NCBI GenBank assembly: GCA_022750435.1
Contig: JAKIVS010000009.1
Coordinates: 6,909-70,908 of the forward strand
DNA length: 64,000 bases
Reading direction: 5' to 3'
Source of the DNA: Thermoplasmata archaeon
GTDB taxonomy: Archaea > Thermoplasmatota > Thermoplasmata > Lutacidiplasmatales > UBA184
The position numbers were made by a program, and so were the translations under genes. Of this stretch, positions 16,063 to 25,731 are shown piece after piece. The first letter of the stretch is position 1; every line of letters begins with the position of its first letter. Below the pieces are notes generated by a model. That model was not told the DNA's origin. It did no database searches and was given only the letters and a program-made list of their open reading frames with translations.

Positions 16063-16941
16063 TCAGGGCCGAACCCCGGGCTTCCGGAGCATGCCGAACA
16101 CCTTCGACCGCCCGACCAGGACCACCGGGCGGACGTGCCACTCCCGGCACGCGTCGAGAAACGCGAACGACGAGTCGACGTCGTCGGAGAGCAGGTACCC
16201 TCCGGGTCGCAGCGCCTTCCAGGCGAGATGGTACTCGAGACGCTGCCACAGGTAGGTATGACGGCTGTCGTGCAGGAAGACGTCGAGCGGCCCGAGGCTA
16301 TCGACAACGGCTCGGAGGGCGGCGGCACGGGGCGCGATCATCCTCAGGTCCCAACGATCGCGGAGGGAGGGCTCGACCAGGTCACCCACGTTCGCGTCGA
16401 TCTCGGTGCTCACGAGCCGCCCGGCCCCGTTTCGTGCCATCGCCGCGAGCACCGCGCGCGTCGAGAGTCCGTGATGCACGCCCGTCTCCAGCATCGTGCC
16501 CGGCCGGAGCCGTCGAACGAGCACGAACAGCAACCGCGCGTGGAGGTCCTCCACCGTCCACCGTTGGCGGGAGGGAACTCCCCCGGCGACAGGCGGTTCC
16601 TGGGAGCCGGCGGGCGGTTCGTACTCGTTGTTCCACGACCGGAGAGTCGCATCGTCCATCGGAACCAGGGCGCGGAGCGCCTCGTTCCCATCGGTCGATT
16701 GGACGTACGCAATCCGGGCGAAGCGGTCGAGCGGCGGACGGGCCACGAACCGGAGAACTTCCCGGACGAACCGGTGGCCGGTGATGGTCGCGACCATCCC
16801 GAGGTCCCTTCCGCCCCATGGGTCCGCCCTCGGCTCGGTCCAGGGCGCGTCATCGGTAGCGTGGGCGTCGGCGGTTCCCAGCCCCCCGGAGGCACCCGGC
16901 TCACGGGCGTCGGCGGAACGACGTGCCTCGACCGCTCCCAT
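16063..16941 (-). CDS. Class I SAM-dependent methyltransferase (Methyltransf_24 / O-MTase-like)
   Basis: MLETGVHHGLSTRAVLAAM (motif I-like), GRLVSTEID and VFLHDSRHTY...LRPGGYLLSDD. The start is uncertain (16941, or ATG 16797 at MVATITG). Confidence 0.6.
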   Translation of the reverse strand: MGAVEARRSADAREPGASGGLGTADAHATDDAPWTEPRADPWGGRDLGMVATITGHRFVREVLRFVARPPLDRFARIAYVQSTDGNEALRALVPMDDATLRSWNNEYEPPAGSQEPPVAGGVPSRQRWTVEDLHARLLFVLVRRLRPGTMLETGVHHGLSTRAVLAAMARNGAGRLVSTEIDANVGDLVEPSLRDRWDLRMIAPRAAALRAVVDSLGPLDVFLHDSRHTYLWQRLEYHLAWKALRPGGYLLSDDVDSSFAFLDACREWHVRPVVLVGRSKVFGMLRKPGVRP

Positions 16942-17108
16942 CGTCGCCTTCGGGACCGGAAGGAGGTGGCCGAGCGTTTGAAGCCCGCCGGTCGAGGCGA
17001 GACGGTCGTGGGCCGGGGAGGAAACACGGTGCCCACCGGAGACCGGCGTCGACGAACGTCTAATATCGGCGGCAAGCTCCCGCCGACCTCGGGGGGGAAA
17101 CTCCCCGG

Positions 17109-19028
17109 ATGGAGTCGAGAATGGTGAGACCGATGGTCGCGCCGCCGATGGTCATCGCGGTGCTCGGAGCCGGCAACATGGGAAGCGGAATCGCCCAGGC
17201 GGCGGCCCAGGCCGGGTATCGCGTCCGCCTGCGCGACCTGAACGACGGACTTCTCGCCCGGGGCCGGTCCTTGATCGAGAAGACGCTCGACGGGGCGATC
17301 CAACGCAAGAAGTCGACCCCGCAGAAGAAGGCGGACGTCCTCTCGCGCATCGAATTCACCACCGACGTCGCTCACGCGGTGCGCGACGCCGCGCTCGTGA
17401 TCGAGGCCGTCTTCGAGGAGGAGTCGGTCAAGCGCGACCTGTTCCGGGAGGCGGCCCCGCACATCCGCCCCGACGCGATCGTCGCGACCAACACGTCGTC
17501 GCTCTCGGTGACGCGGCTTGCGGAGGGGTTCCCCGACCCGAGCCGCTTCGCGGGTCTCCACTTCTTCTTCCCGGCGGCCGTCAACAAGCTCCTGGAGGTC
17601 ATCGGAGGAGCGGAGACCGACGAGAGCACCCTCGTCCGCCTCGAGGAGTTCGGCTACCGCCTCAAGAAGGTCCCGATCCGGGTCCGCGATGCGGCCGGGT
17701 TCGCGGTCAACCGCTACTTCGTGCCGTACCTCAACGAGGCCGCCCGGATGGCGGGTGACGGCACCGCCTCCCTCGCGACCATCGAGGAGGTCGGACGCGA
17801 GGTGTTTGGAACCACGCTCGGCCCGTTCGAGCTGATGAACGTCACCGGAATTCCGATCGCGCACCACTCCATGGGCTCGCTCGAGAAGGCGTTCGGACGC
17901 GCCTACGCCCCGTCGGAGGGACTGGTCCGCCAATTCGAGAAGGGCCAGCCGTGGGGATGGCGGGACACCGTCGTCGAGCCGGAGAAGAAGGGAATCGTGC
18001 GGGACCGATTCCTTGGCCTGGTCGTCGGGATTGCAACTCGGCTCGTGGAGGAAGGCGTCGCGTCTCCCGAGGCGACCGACCGAGGCGCCGTCGTAGGCCT
18101 CCGATGGAAGCGGGGTCCGTTCGCGATCTTGAACGAGCTCGGGCTGCGCCCTGGACTCGTCGTGGTCGAAGTGTACGCGGCCCAGTGGGGAGAGGCGTTC
18201 CCCGTCTCGCGCGACCTCAGCGAGCGCGCGCGCCGGGGCGACCGTACCTGGCCCCAACGCCTGGTCCGAACCGAAAAGAACGGCGCCGTCGCCTGGGTCC
18301 TCCTCGACCGGCCGGAGGTCCTCAATTCGCTCAATTCGGAGGTCTTGGCCCAGCTCGATCGTGCCTTCGTGGACCTCGACGCCGACCGCGAGGTTCGCTG
18401 CGTGATCCTCGCGGGCGCCGGCCCGGTCTTCGCGGCCGGGGCCGATATCGCCGAGATGGCGAAGAAGGACCTCGCCGACGGGCAGGCGTTCGGCTTTGTC
18501 GGTCAGGCGGTGTGCAAGCGGATCGAAGAGTTCCGGGCCCCCGTCCTCGCGCTCGTGGAGGGGTATGCCCTTGGGGGGGGGCTCGAATTGGCGCTCGCCG
18601 CGGACCTGATCCTCGCGGCCGACGGAGCCCAACTGGGGCTCCCGGAGACGACGGTGGGGATCCATCCCGGATTCGGCGGCGCCAGCCGACTCACGCGGCT
18701 CATCGGCCGGGCACGGACGAAGCTGCTCATCTTCACCGGCACCCCCGTCAGCGCCGAGGAGGCGGCCCGTCTCGGGTTCGTCGTCCGCACCTACCCGCCG
18801 GACCGAATCCGGGAGGAGGTCGCGACGCTCGCGGCGTCCATTGCGGACCGGGCTCCGCTGGCCGTGGCGTGGGCGAAAGCGGTCGTCAACCGGGGGGCCG
18901 ACGCGACCCTCGACACCGCCCTCCGCCTGGAGGCGGAATCGGCCGGCCACACCTTCGGCACCGCCGACCGAACCGAGGGGATGAACGCCTTCCTGGAGCG
19001 GCGCAAGCCGAAGTTCGAGGGTCGCTAG
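17109..19028 (+). CDS. Fused 3-hydroxyacyl-CoA dehydrogenase (N-terminal) / enoyl-CoA hydratase (C-terminal)
   Basis: 639 aa. A Rossmann fold IAVLGAGNMGSGIAQ and the HBD core NTSSLS...HFFFPA come first, followed by crotonase motifs NSLNSEV, AGADIAEM and GYALGGGLELALAAD. The start could be one of the internal ATGs at 17121, 17133 or 17148. Confidence 0.88.
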   Translation: MESRMVRPMVAPPMVIAVLGAGNMGSGIAQAAAQAGYRVRLRDLNDGLLARGRSLIEKTLDGAIQRKKSTPQKKADVLSRIEFTTDVAHAVRDAALVIEAVFEEESVKRDLFREAAPHIRPDAIVATNTSSLSVTRLAEGFPDPSRFAGLHFFFPAAVNKLLEVIGGAETDESTLVRLEEFGYRLKKVPIRVRDAAGFAVNRYFVPYLNEAARMAGDGTASLATIEEVGREVFGTTLGPFELMNVTGIPIAHHSMGSLEKAFGRAYAPSEGLVRQFEKGQPWGWRDTVVEPEKKGIVRDRFLGLVVGIATRLVEEGVASPEATDRGAVVGLRWKRGPFAILNELGLRPGLVVVEVYAAQWGEAFPVSRDLSERARRGDRTWPQRLVRTEKNGAVAWVLLDRPEVLNSLNSEVLAQLDRAFVDLDADREVRCVILAGAGPVFAAGADIAEMAKKDLADGQAFGFVGQAVCKRIEEFRAPVLALVEGYALGGGLELALAADLILAADGAQLGLPETTVGIHPGFGGASRLTRLIGRARTKLLIFTGTPVSAEEAARLGFVVRTYPPDRIREEVATLAASIADRAPLAVAWAKAVVNRGADATLDTALRLEAESAGHTFGTADRTEGMNAFLERRKPKFEGR

Positions 19029-20182
19029 CCCGAGGCACTCGGTCGGTCGCGGGGCCAAAGCCGCCCCGTCGCGGTGCGCAGCATCAACTCGTTGGGCCCG
19101 TGCGCGATCCCGCCGCTCCGGACGTCGCGCCATCGACGCTCGTGCGGTAGCGCGCTCGAGTAACCCCTCCCGCCGTGGAACTGAATGGCATGGTCGATCG
19201 CCGTCAGGGCGACCTCCGTCGCCATGCGCTTGGCGAGCGCCGCCTCGGCGAACACCTCCCCTCCCCGGTCCAGGCGGCCTAGCGCCCGCTCGACGTACAG
19301 CCAGGCGGCGTCGAGGCGTGCCCAGTCCTCGGCGAGGGGAAAGCCCACCGCCTGGTGGCTTCGCAGCGGGCGCCCGAACGCTTCCCGGACTCCGACGTAG
19401 TCGACCGTCTCCTCGAACGAGGCCAGGCCGACCCCGAGATAGATCGCGGCCAGTAGGAGCCGCTCCCGGGTGAGTTCGTGCTTGAGCAGGTCGAACGCTC
19501 CGCCCTCGGAGCCGAGCCGATGCGAAGCGGGGATCCGGACGTTGACGTACTCGACCGAGCCGCGGCGCATCCACCGTTCGCCAAGGTCCGGAGCTCCGAG
19601 GCTCCGCGTCACCCCGTCCAGGGTCTGAGGAACGACGAAGGCGGAGACCGCCCGCTCCCCGACCTTCGCGTACACGAGGGCCGCGTCGGCGTCGACGGCG
19701 AATGCGGCCTCGGACTTGGTACCGTTCAGGAGGTACTCCGGACCTTCCCGCGTCGCGCTCACCGCGAGACTCCCCACATCGGATCCGGCCCCCGGCTCCG
19801 TGACGTGGTTCCCCACCAGGAGCCGGCCCTCGATCAACGGCCGGAAGTACCGCGCTCGGAGCTCCTCCGACCCGTGGTCGGCAAGCAGACTGCAGAATTC
19901 CGGTTGGAGAGAGAGCTTCGCGAACGTTGTCCCGCTGGCCTGCGCGAGGGCGTGGAGCGAGGCCGCCGCGTCGAGGAGGCCGAGCTCGCGTCCGCCGTGC
20001 CGGGCCGCGGTCCGTAGGCCGAGGAGCCGCCGTTCGCCGAGAGCGCGGAATTCCGCCGTTGGGAACGCGGGGCTCCGGTCGATCTCGGTCGCGCGGCGGG
20101 GAAGCTGGAGCTCGGAGACGGCGGCGGTGAGCTCGGCCGCGAGGGACGACACCGGGACCGGCGACTCCGGGCGCGCGGTCAC
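19025..20182 (-). CDS. Acyl-CoA dehydrogenase
   Basis: Inner part of ORF 19025..20698. The start is GTG 20182, overlapping the stop of the upstream CoA-transferase (GTGA). TEPGAGSDVGSL, NGTKSEAAFA and IQFHGGRGY follow the ACAD pattern, and the ~385-aa size fits. Confidence 0.85.
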   Translation of the reverse strand: MTARPESPVPVSSLAAELTAAVSELQLPRRATEIDRSPAFPTAEFRALGERRLLGLRTAARHGGRELGLLDAAASLHALAQASGTTFAKLSLQPEFCSLLADHGSEELRARYFRPLIEGRLLVGNHVTEPGAGSDVGSLAVSATREGPEYLLNGTKSEAAFAVDADAALVYAKVGERAVSAFVVPQTLDGVTRSLGAPDLGERWMRRGSVEYVNVRIPASHRLGSEGGAFDLLKHELTRERLLLAAIYLGVGLASFEETVDYVGVREAFGRPLRSHQAVGFPLAEDWARLDAAWLYVERALGRLDRGGEVFAEAALAKRMATEVALTAIDHAIQFHGGRGYSSALPHERRWRDVRSGGIAHGPNELMLRTATGRLWPRDRPSASG

Positions 20183-21510
20183 AGCCCTCCGCGCAGGAAG
20201 AACGGGGGAGGCCGACCGGCCGGATCGCGCGTCGGCGGGCGCGACTCCCCGATAATCCCCCGGCCGCGGAGGTCGAGGATCTTCGAGGCGGAGTATCCGA
20301 GCACGGTGGAGAGGACCGCGTCGTTGTCCTGGCCGAGCCACGGGGCGCCGCGCCACACCCGCCCAGGGGTCGCCGAGAACTTCGGGGCGATTCCCGCGCC
20401 TTTGACCCGGCCGGCCACCGGATCGGTCCACTCCTCGAACATCCCCCGGGCACGATAGTGCGGATCGGCAGCGATCGCCGCGATGTCGTACACCTTCGAC
20501 ACGGCCACGTCGTGGCGGCGGCCGAGCGCCTCCAGTTCGGAGGCCGTGTGCTCCCAGCAGAACTGGTCCAATCGGCGACGGACCTCGTCCTGATGGTCCG
20601 CGCGATACGCGGGCGGGGTCCATTCGCTTGGGAAGGGACCGATCATTTCGAGGAGGCGCTCCCACGTCGCTTGGGTCGGCGCGGCGACGACGACCCATCC
20701 GTCCTTCGCCGCATGGACGTCGTACGGGAACAGTCGCGAGTGTCCGGTCCCGTGGCGCCCCCGGACGACGCCCCGGACGAAGTAATCAAGCGCCAGATTC
20801 TCGAGAAGGACGAAAAACATCTCGTATTGCGCCACGTCGACCGACTGGCCCCGCCCCGTCCGGCCGGCGTGGACGTACGCCATGAGCGCGGCGGCGGCCG
20901 CCGCGAGGCCCGTGACGGTGTCGTTCATCGCCGTGCCCGCCCGCATCGGAGGCTCGGGATCCGGTCGTCCCTGGAGGGCGAGGTATCCGCTGAACGCCTG
21001 GCCGATCAGGTCGAACGACGGCCCGGCCACCCGGCTCGGGTCGCCCGTCTGTCCAAAGCCGGAGACGTGGACGATCACGAGCTTCGGGTTCGCCTCCCAC
21101 GCCTCCCGGTCGCTGAGGCCGAGCCGGTCGTACGTTCCGGGGCGCGAGGATTCGATCCAAATGTCGGATCGCCGAAGCAGGTCGAGGAACGTGGCGCGTC
21201 CGTCGGGCTGCCGGAGGTCGAGACCGAGGGAGAGCTTGTTCCGCGAGTACTGCACCCACGACTCCGAGACGCCGTCCGCCGCGGAGGCTCCTTCGGGCAG
21301 GAGCGGAGGGAGGAGACGGGTGGCGTCCGCGTACGGGGGAGCGAACGGTGGTCCTTCGACGTGGACAACCTCCGCCCCGAACTCTCCGAGGTACGTGGCC
21401 GCCCAAGGGCCCGCCACGAACCGGGCCGAATCGACGACCCGGACGCCCGCGAGCGGTCCGAACGGGGGAACGACCGGCCGGTCGCCGACGTCGGCCGACA
21501 CCATGCGCAC
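20179..21510 (-). CDS. Family III CoA-transferase (CaiB/BaiF-type)
   Basis: 443 aa. GPLAGVRVVDSARFVAGPWAATYLGEFGAEVVHVE is the typical family III N-terminus. The pattern continues with D...IESSRPG...LG and SGFGQTG. Confidence 0.85.
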   Translation of the reverse strand: MRMVSADVGDRPVVPPFGPLAGVRVVDSARFVAGPWAATYLGEFGAEVVHVEGPPFAPPYADATRLLPPLLPEGASAADGVSESWVQYSRNKLSLGLDLRQPDGRATFLDLLRRSDIWIESSRPGTYDRLGLSDREAWEANPKLVIVHVSGFGQTGDPSRVAGPSFDLIGQAFSGYLALQGRPDPEPPMRAGTAMNDTVTGLAAAAAALMAYVHAGRTGRGQSVDVAQYEMFFVLLENLALDYFVRGVVRGRHGTGHSRLFPYDVHAAKDGWVVVAAPTQATWERLLEMIGPFPSEWTPPAYRADHQDEVRRRLDQFCWEHTASELEALGRRHDVAVSKVYDIAAIAADPHYRARGMFEEWTDPVAGRVKGAGIAPKFSATPGRVWRGAPWLGQDNDAVLSTVLGYSASKILDLRGRGIIGESRPPTRDPAGRPPPFFLRGGL

Positions 21511-21612
21511 GCCGGCCGTCGGCGATTAACCCGCGAGGTTCACCCCGGAACCCCCTCCCGGCCCCTGCCGGGACCGGGGGGACCCGTCCGCACGGATATC
21601 TAGGTCGTCCGA

Positions 21613-23520
21613 GTGGTCCCGGACGCGATGGGTTCCCCCCTCGAGGACGTCCAGCGGGAGAATGCGGCCGCCCTGGCCGACCCCGAGGCGTACTGGCGGG
21701 AGGCCGCCCGGGATCTCGACTGGTCCGACCGGACCGGACCGGTGTTCGAGCCGCTCGCCGAACCGCCATTCGGCCGCTGGTTTGCCCGCTGGACGACCAA
21801 TCTTGCGGCGAATGCTTTGGACCGTCAGCTGGCGCGGGGACTGGGCGAGAAGGTGGCGTTCTTCTGGGAGGGGGAGAACGGGGACCGTCGGACCATCACG
21901 TACGCCGAGCTGGCGCGCGAGGTGCACCGATGGGCCGAAGTGTACCGGAGCGCCGGACTCCGGCCCGGGGACCGAATCACGATCTATCTCCCCATGGTTC
22001 CCGAACTCCCCGCGGCGATGCTGGCGAGCGCCCGCGTCGGGACGGTCCACTCGGTCGTCTTTGCCGGATTCTCCGAGTCGGCCCTCGCCGGACGGATCCA
22101 GGATTCCGCGAGCCGGCTCGTCGTCACGGCCGATGGCGGATACCGGCGCGGGAAGGTCGTCCCGCTCAAGGCCATCGTCGACGGCGCCGTGACGAACTGC
22201 CCCACGGTCGAACGCGTGGTCACGGTGCGGCGGACCGGTCTCCCGGTGGAGATGTCCGCGCGCCGAGACGTTTGGTACGGTCCCGACCTCCCTGCGCCCG
22301 AGCGGCCCGCGGTACCCCGGGCCGGCGACGACCCGACCTTCATCCTCTACACCTCCGGTACGACGGGACGGCCGAAGGGCGTGACGCACGGGACCGGTGG
22401 CTACATGGTGTGGGTCCACCGCACGATGCAACGCGTCTTCGGCGTGACGCCGGAGGACGTGTTCTGGTGCGCTGCCGACATCGGTTGGGTGACCGGGCAC
22501 AGCTACATCGTCTACGGACCGCTCCTCGTCGGCGCGACCTCGGTCCTCTACGAGGGCGCCCCCGACCACCCTGGGCCCGACCGGTGGTGGGAGATCGTCG
22601 AGCGGTACAAGGTCTCGATCCTCCATACTTCGCCGACCGCGATCCGGGCCCAGATGCGGGCCGGCGAACGGTGGGCGAACGCCCACGACCTTCGGTCGCT
22701 GCGCCTCCTCGGCTCCGTGGGGGAGGCGATCAATCCGGCCGCGTGGCAGTGGTACCGGACCCACATCGGGGGCGACCGGTGTCCGATCGTCGACACGTGG
22801 TGGCAGACGGAGACCGGCGCGACGATGGTCTCGGCCCAAGCGGGGGGACGGTTCGTCCCGGAACGCCCCGGGTCCGCGACCCTCCCGCTCCCCGGGGTCG
22901 ACTTCCGCGTCGTTCATCCGGACGGATCGCCGGCGAGGGCCGGCGAGCGCGGGCTCGTCGTCATCGACCGCCCCTGGCCCGGCCAGTTCCTCGGGCTCTG
23001 GAACGACCCGGAGCGCTTCCGCTCGGTCTACTTCCAGCGGTTTCCGGGGCGCTACACGGCCGGGGACTTTGCCCGCGTGGACGCCGACGGGTACGTGTGG
23101 TTCCTCGGCCGAGCGGACGAGGTGTTGAAGGTTGCCGGCCATCGGCTGGGCACGATCGAGCTCGAGAACGCCCTGGTCGGCCATCCCTCGGTCGCCGAGG
23201 CGGCGGTCGTGGGGGTCCCCGACGAGATCAAGGGGGAGCTCCCGTTCGCGGTCGTCGTCCTCCGCCCCGGCGCATCGCCCTCCCCGGACCTGGAGCGAGA
23301 GCTTCGGGGCCGGATTCGCGAGGCCATCGGAGGGATGGCGGAGCCGAAGTCGGTGCGGTTCGTCCGCCAGCTGCCGAAGACCCGGTCGGGGAAGATCATG
23401 CGCCGGGTCGTCGCGGCCGTCGTGCGTGGCGGTGACGTCGGCGACGTCAGCACGCTGGAGGACGACGCGACGGTCGAGGAGATCCGTGCGGCCGCCGCGT
23501 CGCTCCAAACCGAACTCTGA
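21613..23520 (+). CDS. acs: Acetyl/acyl-CoA synthetase (AMP-forming)
   Basis: 635 aa. PEAYWREAA, YTSGTTGRPKGV, WCAADIGWVTGHSY, DTWWQTETG and PKTRSGKIMRR follow the canonical ACS motif order. The start is GTG 21613 or ATG 21628. Confidence 0.9.
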   Translation: MVPDAMGSPLEDVQRENAAALADPEAYWREAARDLDWSDRTGPVFEPLAEPPFGRWFARWTTNLAANALDRQLARGLGEKVAFFWEGENGDRRTITYAELAREVHRWAEVYRSAGLRPGDRITIYLPMVPELPAAMLASARVGTVHSVVFAGFSESALAGRIQDSASRLVVTADGGYRRGKVVPLKAIVDGAVTNCPTVERVVTVRRTGLPVEMSARRDVWYGPDLPAPERPAVPRAGDDPTFILYTSGTTGRPKGVTHGTGGYMVWVHRTMQRVFGVTPEDVFWCAADIGWVTGHSYIVYGPLLVGATSVLYEGAPDHPGPDRWWEIVERYKVSILHTSPTAIRAQMRAGERWANAHDLRSLRLLGSVGEAINPAAWQWYRTHIGGDRCPIVDTWWQTETGATMVSAQAGGRFVPERPGSATLPLPGVDFRVVHPDGSPARAGERGLVVIDRPWPGQFLGLWNDPERFRSVYFQRFPGRYTAGDFARVDADGYVWFLGRADEVLKVAGHRLGTIELENALVGHPSVAEAAVVGVPDEIKGELPFAVVVLRPGASPSPDLERELRGRIREAIGGMAEPKSVRFVRQLPKTRSGKIMRRVVAAVVRGGDVGDVSTLEDDATVEEIRAAAASLQTEL

Positions 23521-23592
23521 CCGCCCTTCGTCCGACCGTGCCGGTTCCTTGGCGACGGAAATCGACGCCCGGCTCGTCCGGAGGGGCCGCCG

Positions 23593-24441
23593 GTGCGCGC
23601 GGAGACGGTCCGAATTCAACCAAAGGGCAAAATACACCCCCCCGGCGTTAGAACGGTCGGTGAGCCTCCTCTGACCTCACGTCCGGGCGTCAGTCTCGTC
23701 ATCCCGGCGTGGAACGAAGAGGCACGACTTCCCCGGACCCTCGCCAGGTACCTCCCGGCACTCGAAGCCCGAGGAGCGCCCTACGAAGTGATCGTCGTCA
23801 CGGAGGGCGTGGAGGACCGGACCGCGCAGGTCGCCGACTCCTTCGGAGGTCGGAACGTTCGGCTCCTCCGCTTCGCCCAACGGCTCGGCAAGGGCGGCGC
23901 GATCATGGCCGGGGTGCAGGCGTCTCAGTACGACTCCGTCGGCTACGTCGACGCCGACGGACCGGTCGAGCCGGGGGACCTGCTCGCCATGGTGGATGCG
24001 CTGGCGACCGCGGACGCCGTGGTGGCGTCGCGCCGGGTCCCGGGGAGCCGGCCCCTCCAGGGTCAGCCGTGGAATCGCCGCGTGGCGGGTGCCCTGTGGA
24101 GTGCCCTCGTTCGTTCGACGCTCTTCCTACCGGTCCGCGACACCCAGTGCGGGGCGAAGTTCTTCCGTCGCGCGGTGCTGCTCGAAGCGCTCGAAGCGGT
24201 TGCGATCAAGAACTGGGCGTTCGACGTGAGCCTACTCTACCACCTCTGGCAGGACGACCGGTCGATCCGCGAGATGCCGGTCACGTGGTCGCACGACCTC
24301 GACAGCCACCTCGTCCTTTCCAAAACGGTCCCGATCATGCTCCTCTCGCTGATGGGGCTGTGGGTCATGAACCTCGGAACCTCCCGCCGGCCGACTCCCG
24401 CCTGGATCCACCGGTTCGCGCTCCGATTCGCCGCTGGATAG
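23593..24441 (+). CDS. GT2-family glycosyltransferase (dolichyl-phosphate sugar synthase-like)
   Basis: VSLVIPAWNEE, YEVIVVTEG, YVDADG (DxD) and a C-terminal hydrophobic segment. The only in-frame start upstream of the fold is GTG 23593. Confidence 0.8.
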   Translation: MRAETVRIQPKGKIHPPGVRTVGEPPLTSRPGVSLVIPAWNEEARLPRTLARYLPALEARGAPYEVIVVTEGVEDRTAQVADSFGGRNVRLLRFAQRLGKGGAIMAGVQASQYDSVGYVDADGPVEPGDLLAMVDALATADAVVASRRVPGSRPLQGQPWNRRVAGALWSALVRSTLFLPVRDTQCGAKFFRRAVLLEALEAVAIKNWAFDVSLLYHLWQDDRSIREMPVTWSHDLDSHLVLSKTVPIMLLSLMGLWVMNLGTSRRPTPAWIHRFALRFAAG

Positions 24442-24599
24442 GGCTCGCCTCCCCGGGGGCACGTGGACGCCGGAGAACCGCCTCGGATCGTCGTTCCTCC
24501 CGTGGGTCCACCCGCTCGTTCTCCGTCGCGCGACGTCTCCCTCCCCTTCGGGGCAAACCGGCCCCGGCCTGTCGCCCGAGCCGCCCCCGCGGGGCCACG

Positions 24600-25688
24600 A
24601 TGAGGATTCTCTGGAACAACCACCGCGATGCGCGAAACCCGAAGGGGGGTGGAGCGGAGAGAACGATCCAGGCGGTCGGCGGGTGGCTCGTCTCGCACGG
24701 CCACCGGGTCGATCTTCTGACCGTCGGCTGGCCGGGGGCCGCGGCCGAGGAGACGCTCGACGGGGTGCAGATCCACCGGTTCCCGGGCGCCCTAGGTCCG
24801 CACCTGGCGCTTCCCGGGATGGTCCGTTCGGTTCGACCCGATGCCGTGGTGGACGACCTCGGTCACGTCCTCCCGTGGATGTCCCCGCAGCTGACCCGGA
24901 GCCGCGGCGTCGCGTTCTTCCGACACCTCCACCGAAGGACGCTGCCCGGTCAGGTTCCGGCGTGGTTGGTGCCGCCGCTCGCCGCCGTCGAACGCCTGTA
25001 TCCACGGATCTACCGGTCGTGGAGGTTCGCCGTCGAGTCGGCGAGCTCCACCGCCGACCTCGTCGCGCTCGGGGTCGCGCCGGACCGGATCACCCGAATT
25101 CCCCCGGGAGTGGACCTCCTCCGGTTCGTACCCGGGGACCGCAGTCCCGAACCCTCCCTGGTGTTCTTTGCCGGATTGCGGGAGTACAAGCGGCCCGACC
25201 ATGTCCTCAAAGCGCTCGGCATTCTTCACCGAAAGGGTGTCCGAGTTCGGCTGACGATCGTGGGGACTTCCGAGGAGTTGCCGAACCTCCGGCAACTGGC
25301 CGCCGACCTCGGGGTGGCGGAATCCGTGACGTTCCCCGGTCGCCTTCCGGACGAGGCACTGGCCGAGCTCCTCCGCTCCGCATGGGTGAACGTGAATTGC
25401 TCGGTCGCCGAAGGATGGGGATATTCGATCTTGGAGGCGGCTGCGTCCGGCGTCCCCACCGCGGGGTACGACGTGCCGGGGGTCAACGAGGCCATCGGAT
25501 CCGGAGACGCCGGAATCGTCGTTCGGGACGGGGATCTGGCCGCGCTGGCGCAAGGGATTGAAGGATTGCTGGGCGCGAACGACTCTTGGCGACGTCCGTG
25601 CCGGTCGTTGGCCGAGCGGTACCCTTGGTCGGCCTGCGGCCTCGGATGGGAACGCCTGCTGCGAGCGACCAGCGAGGGCGCGCGATGA
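24600..25688 (+). CDS. GT4-family (GT-B) glycosyltransferase
   Basis: Starts at ATG 24600 (MRILWNNHRD...) inside shadow ORF 23709..25688. EGWGYSILEAAASGVP is the E-x7-E GT4 motif. Confidence 0.8.
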   Translation: MRILWNNHRDARNPKGGGAERTIQAVGGWLVSHGHRVDLLTVGWPGAAAEETLDGVQIHRFPGALGPHLALPGMVRSVRPDAVVDDLGHVLPWMSPQLTRSRGVAFFRHLHRRTLPGQVPAWLVPPLAAVERLYPRIYRSWRFAVESASSTADLVALGVAPDRITRIPPGVDLLRFVPGDRSPEPSLVFFAGLREYKRPDHVLKALGILHRKGVRVRLTIVGTSEELPNLRQLAADLGVAESVTFPGRLPDEALAELLRSAWVNVNCSVAEGWGYSILEAAASGVPTAGYDVPGVNEAIGSGDAGIVVRDGDLAALAQGIEGLLGANDSWRRPCRSLAERYPWSACGLGWERLLRATSEGAR

Positions 25689-25731
25689 CGCCCGTTCGCC
25701 ATTCCAATCCCGGGTCCCGTGAGGGAGATCG

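Noticed and set aside
16410-20453. 1347-aa stop-free ORF on the minus strand, the longest in the window
   Set aside because: It is extremely Arg/Gly/Pro/Ala-rich with no recognisable motif. It runs antisense to the well-supported HBD/ECH fusion gene and out of frame through the methyltransferase and ACAD genes. This is a typical high-GC shadow frame.
21348-23637. 695-aa (plus) and 703-aa (minus) alternative-frame ORFs over the acs locus
   Set aside because: The acs frame (21613..23520) carries all the AMP-binding motifs. The others are shadow frames.
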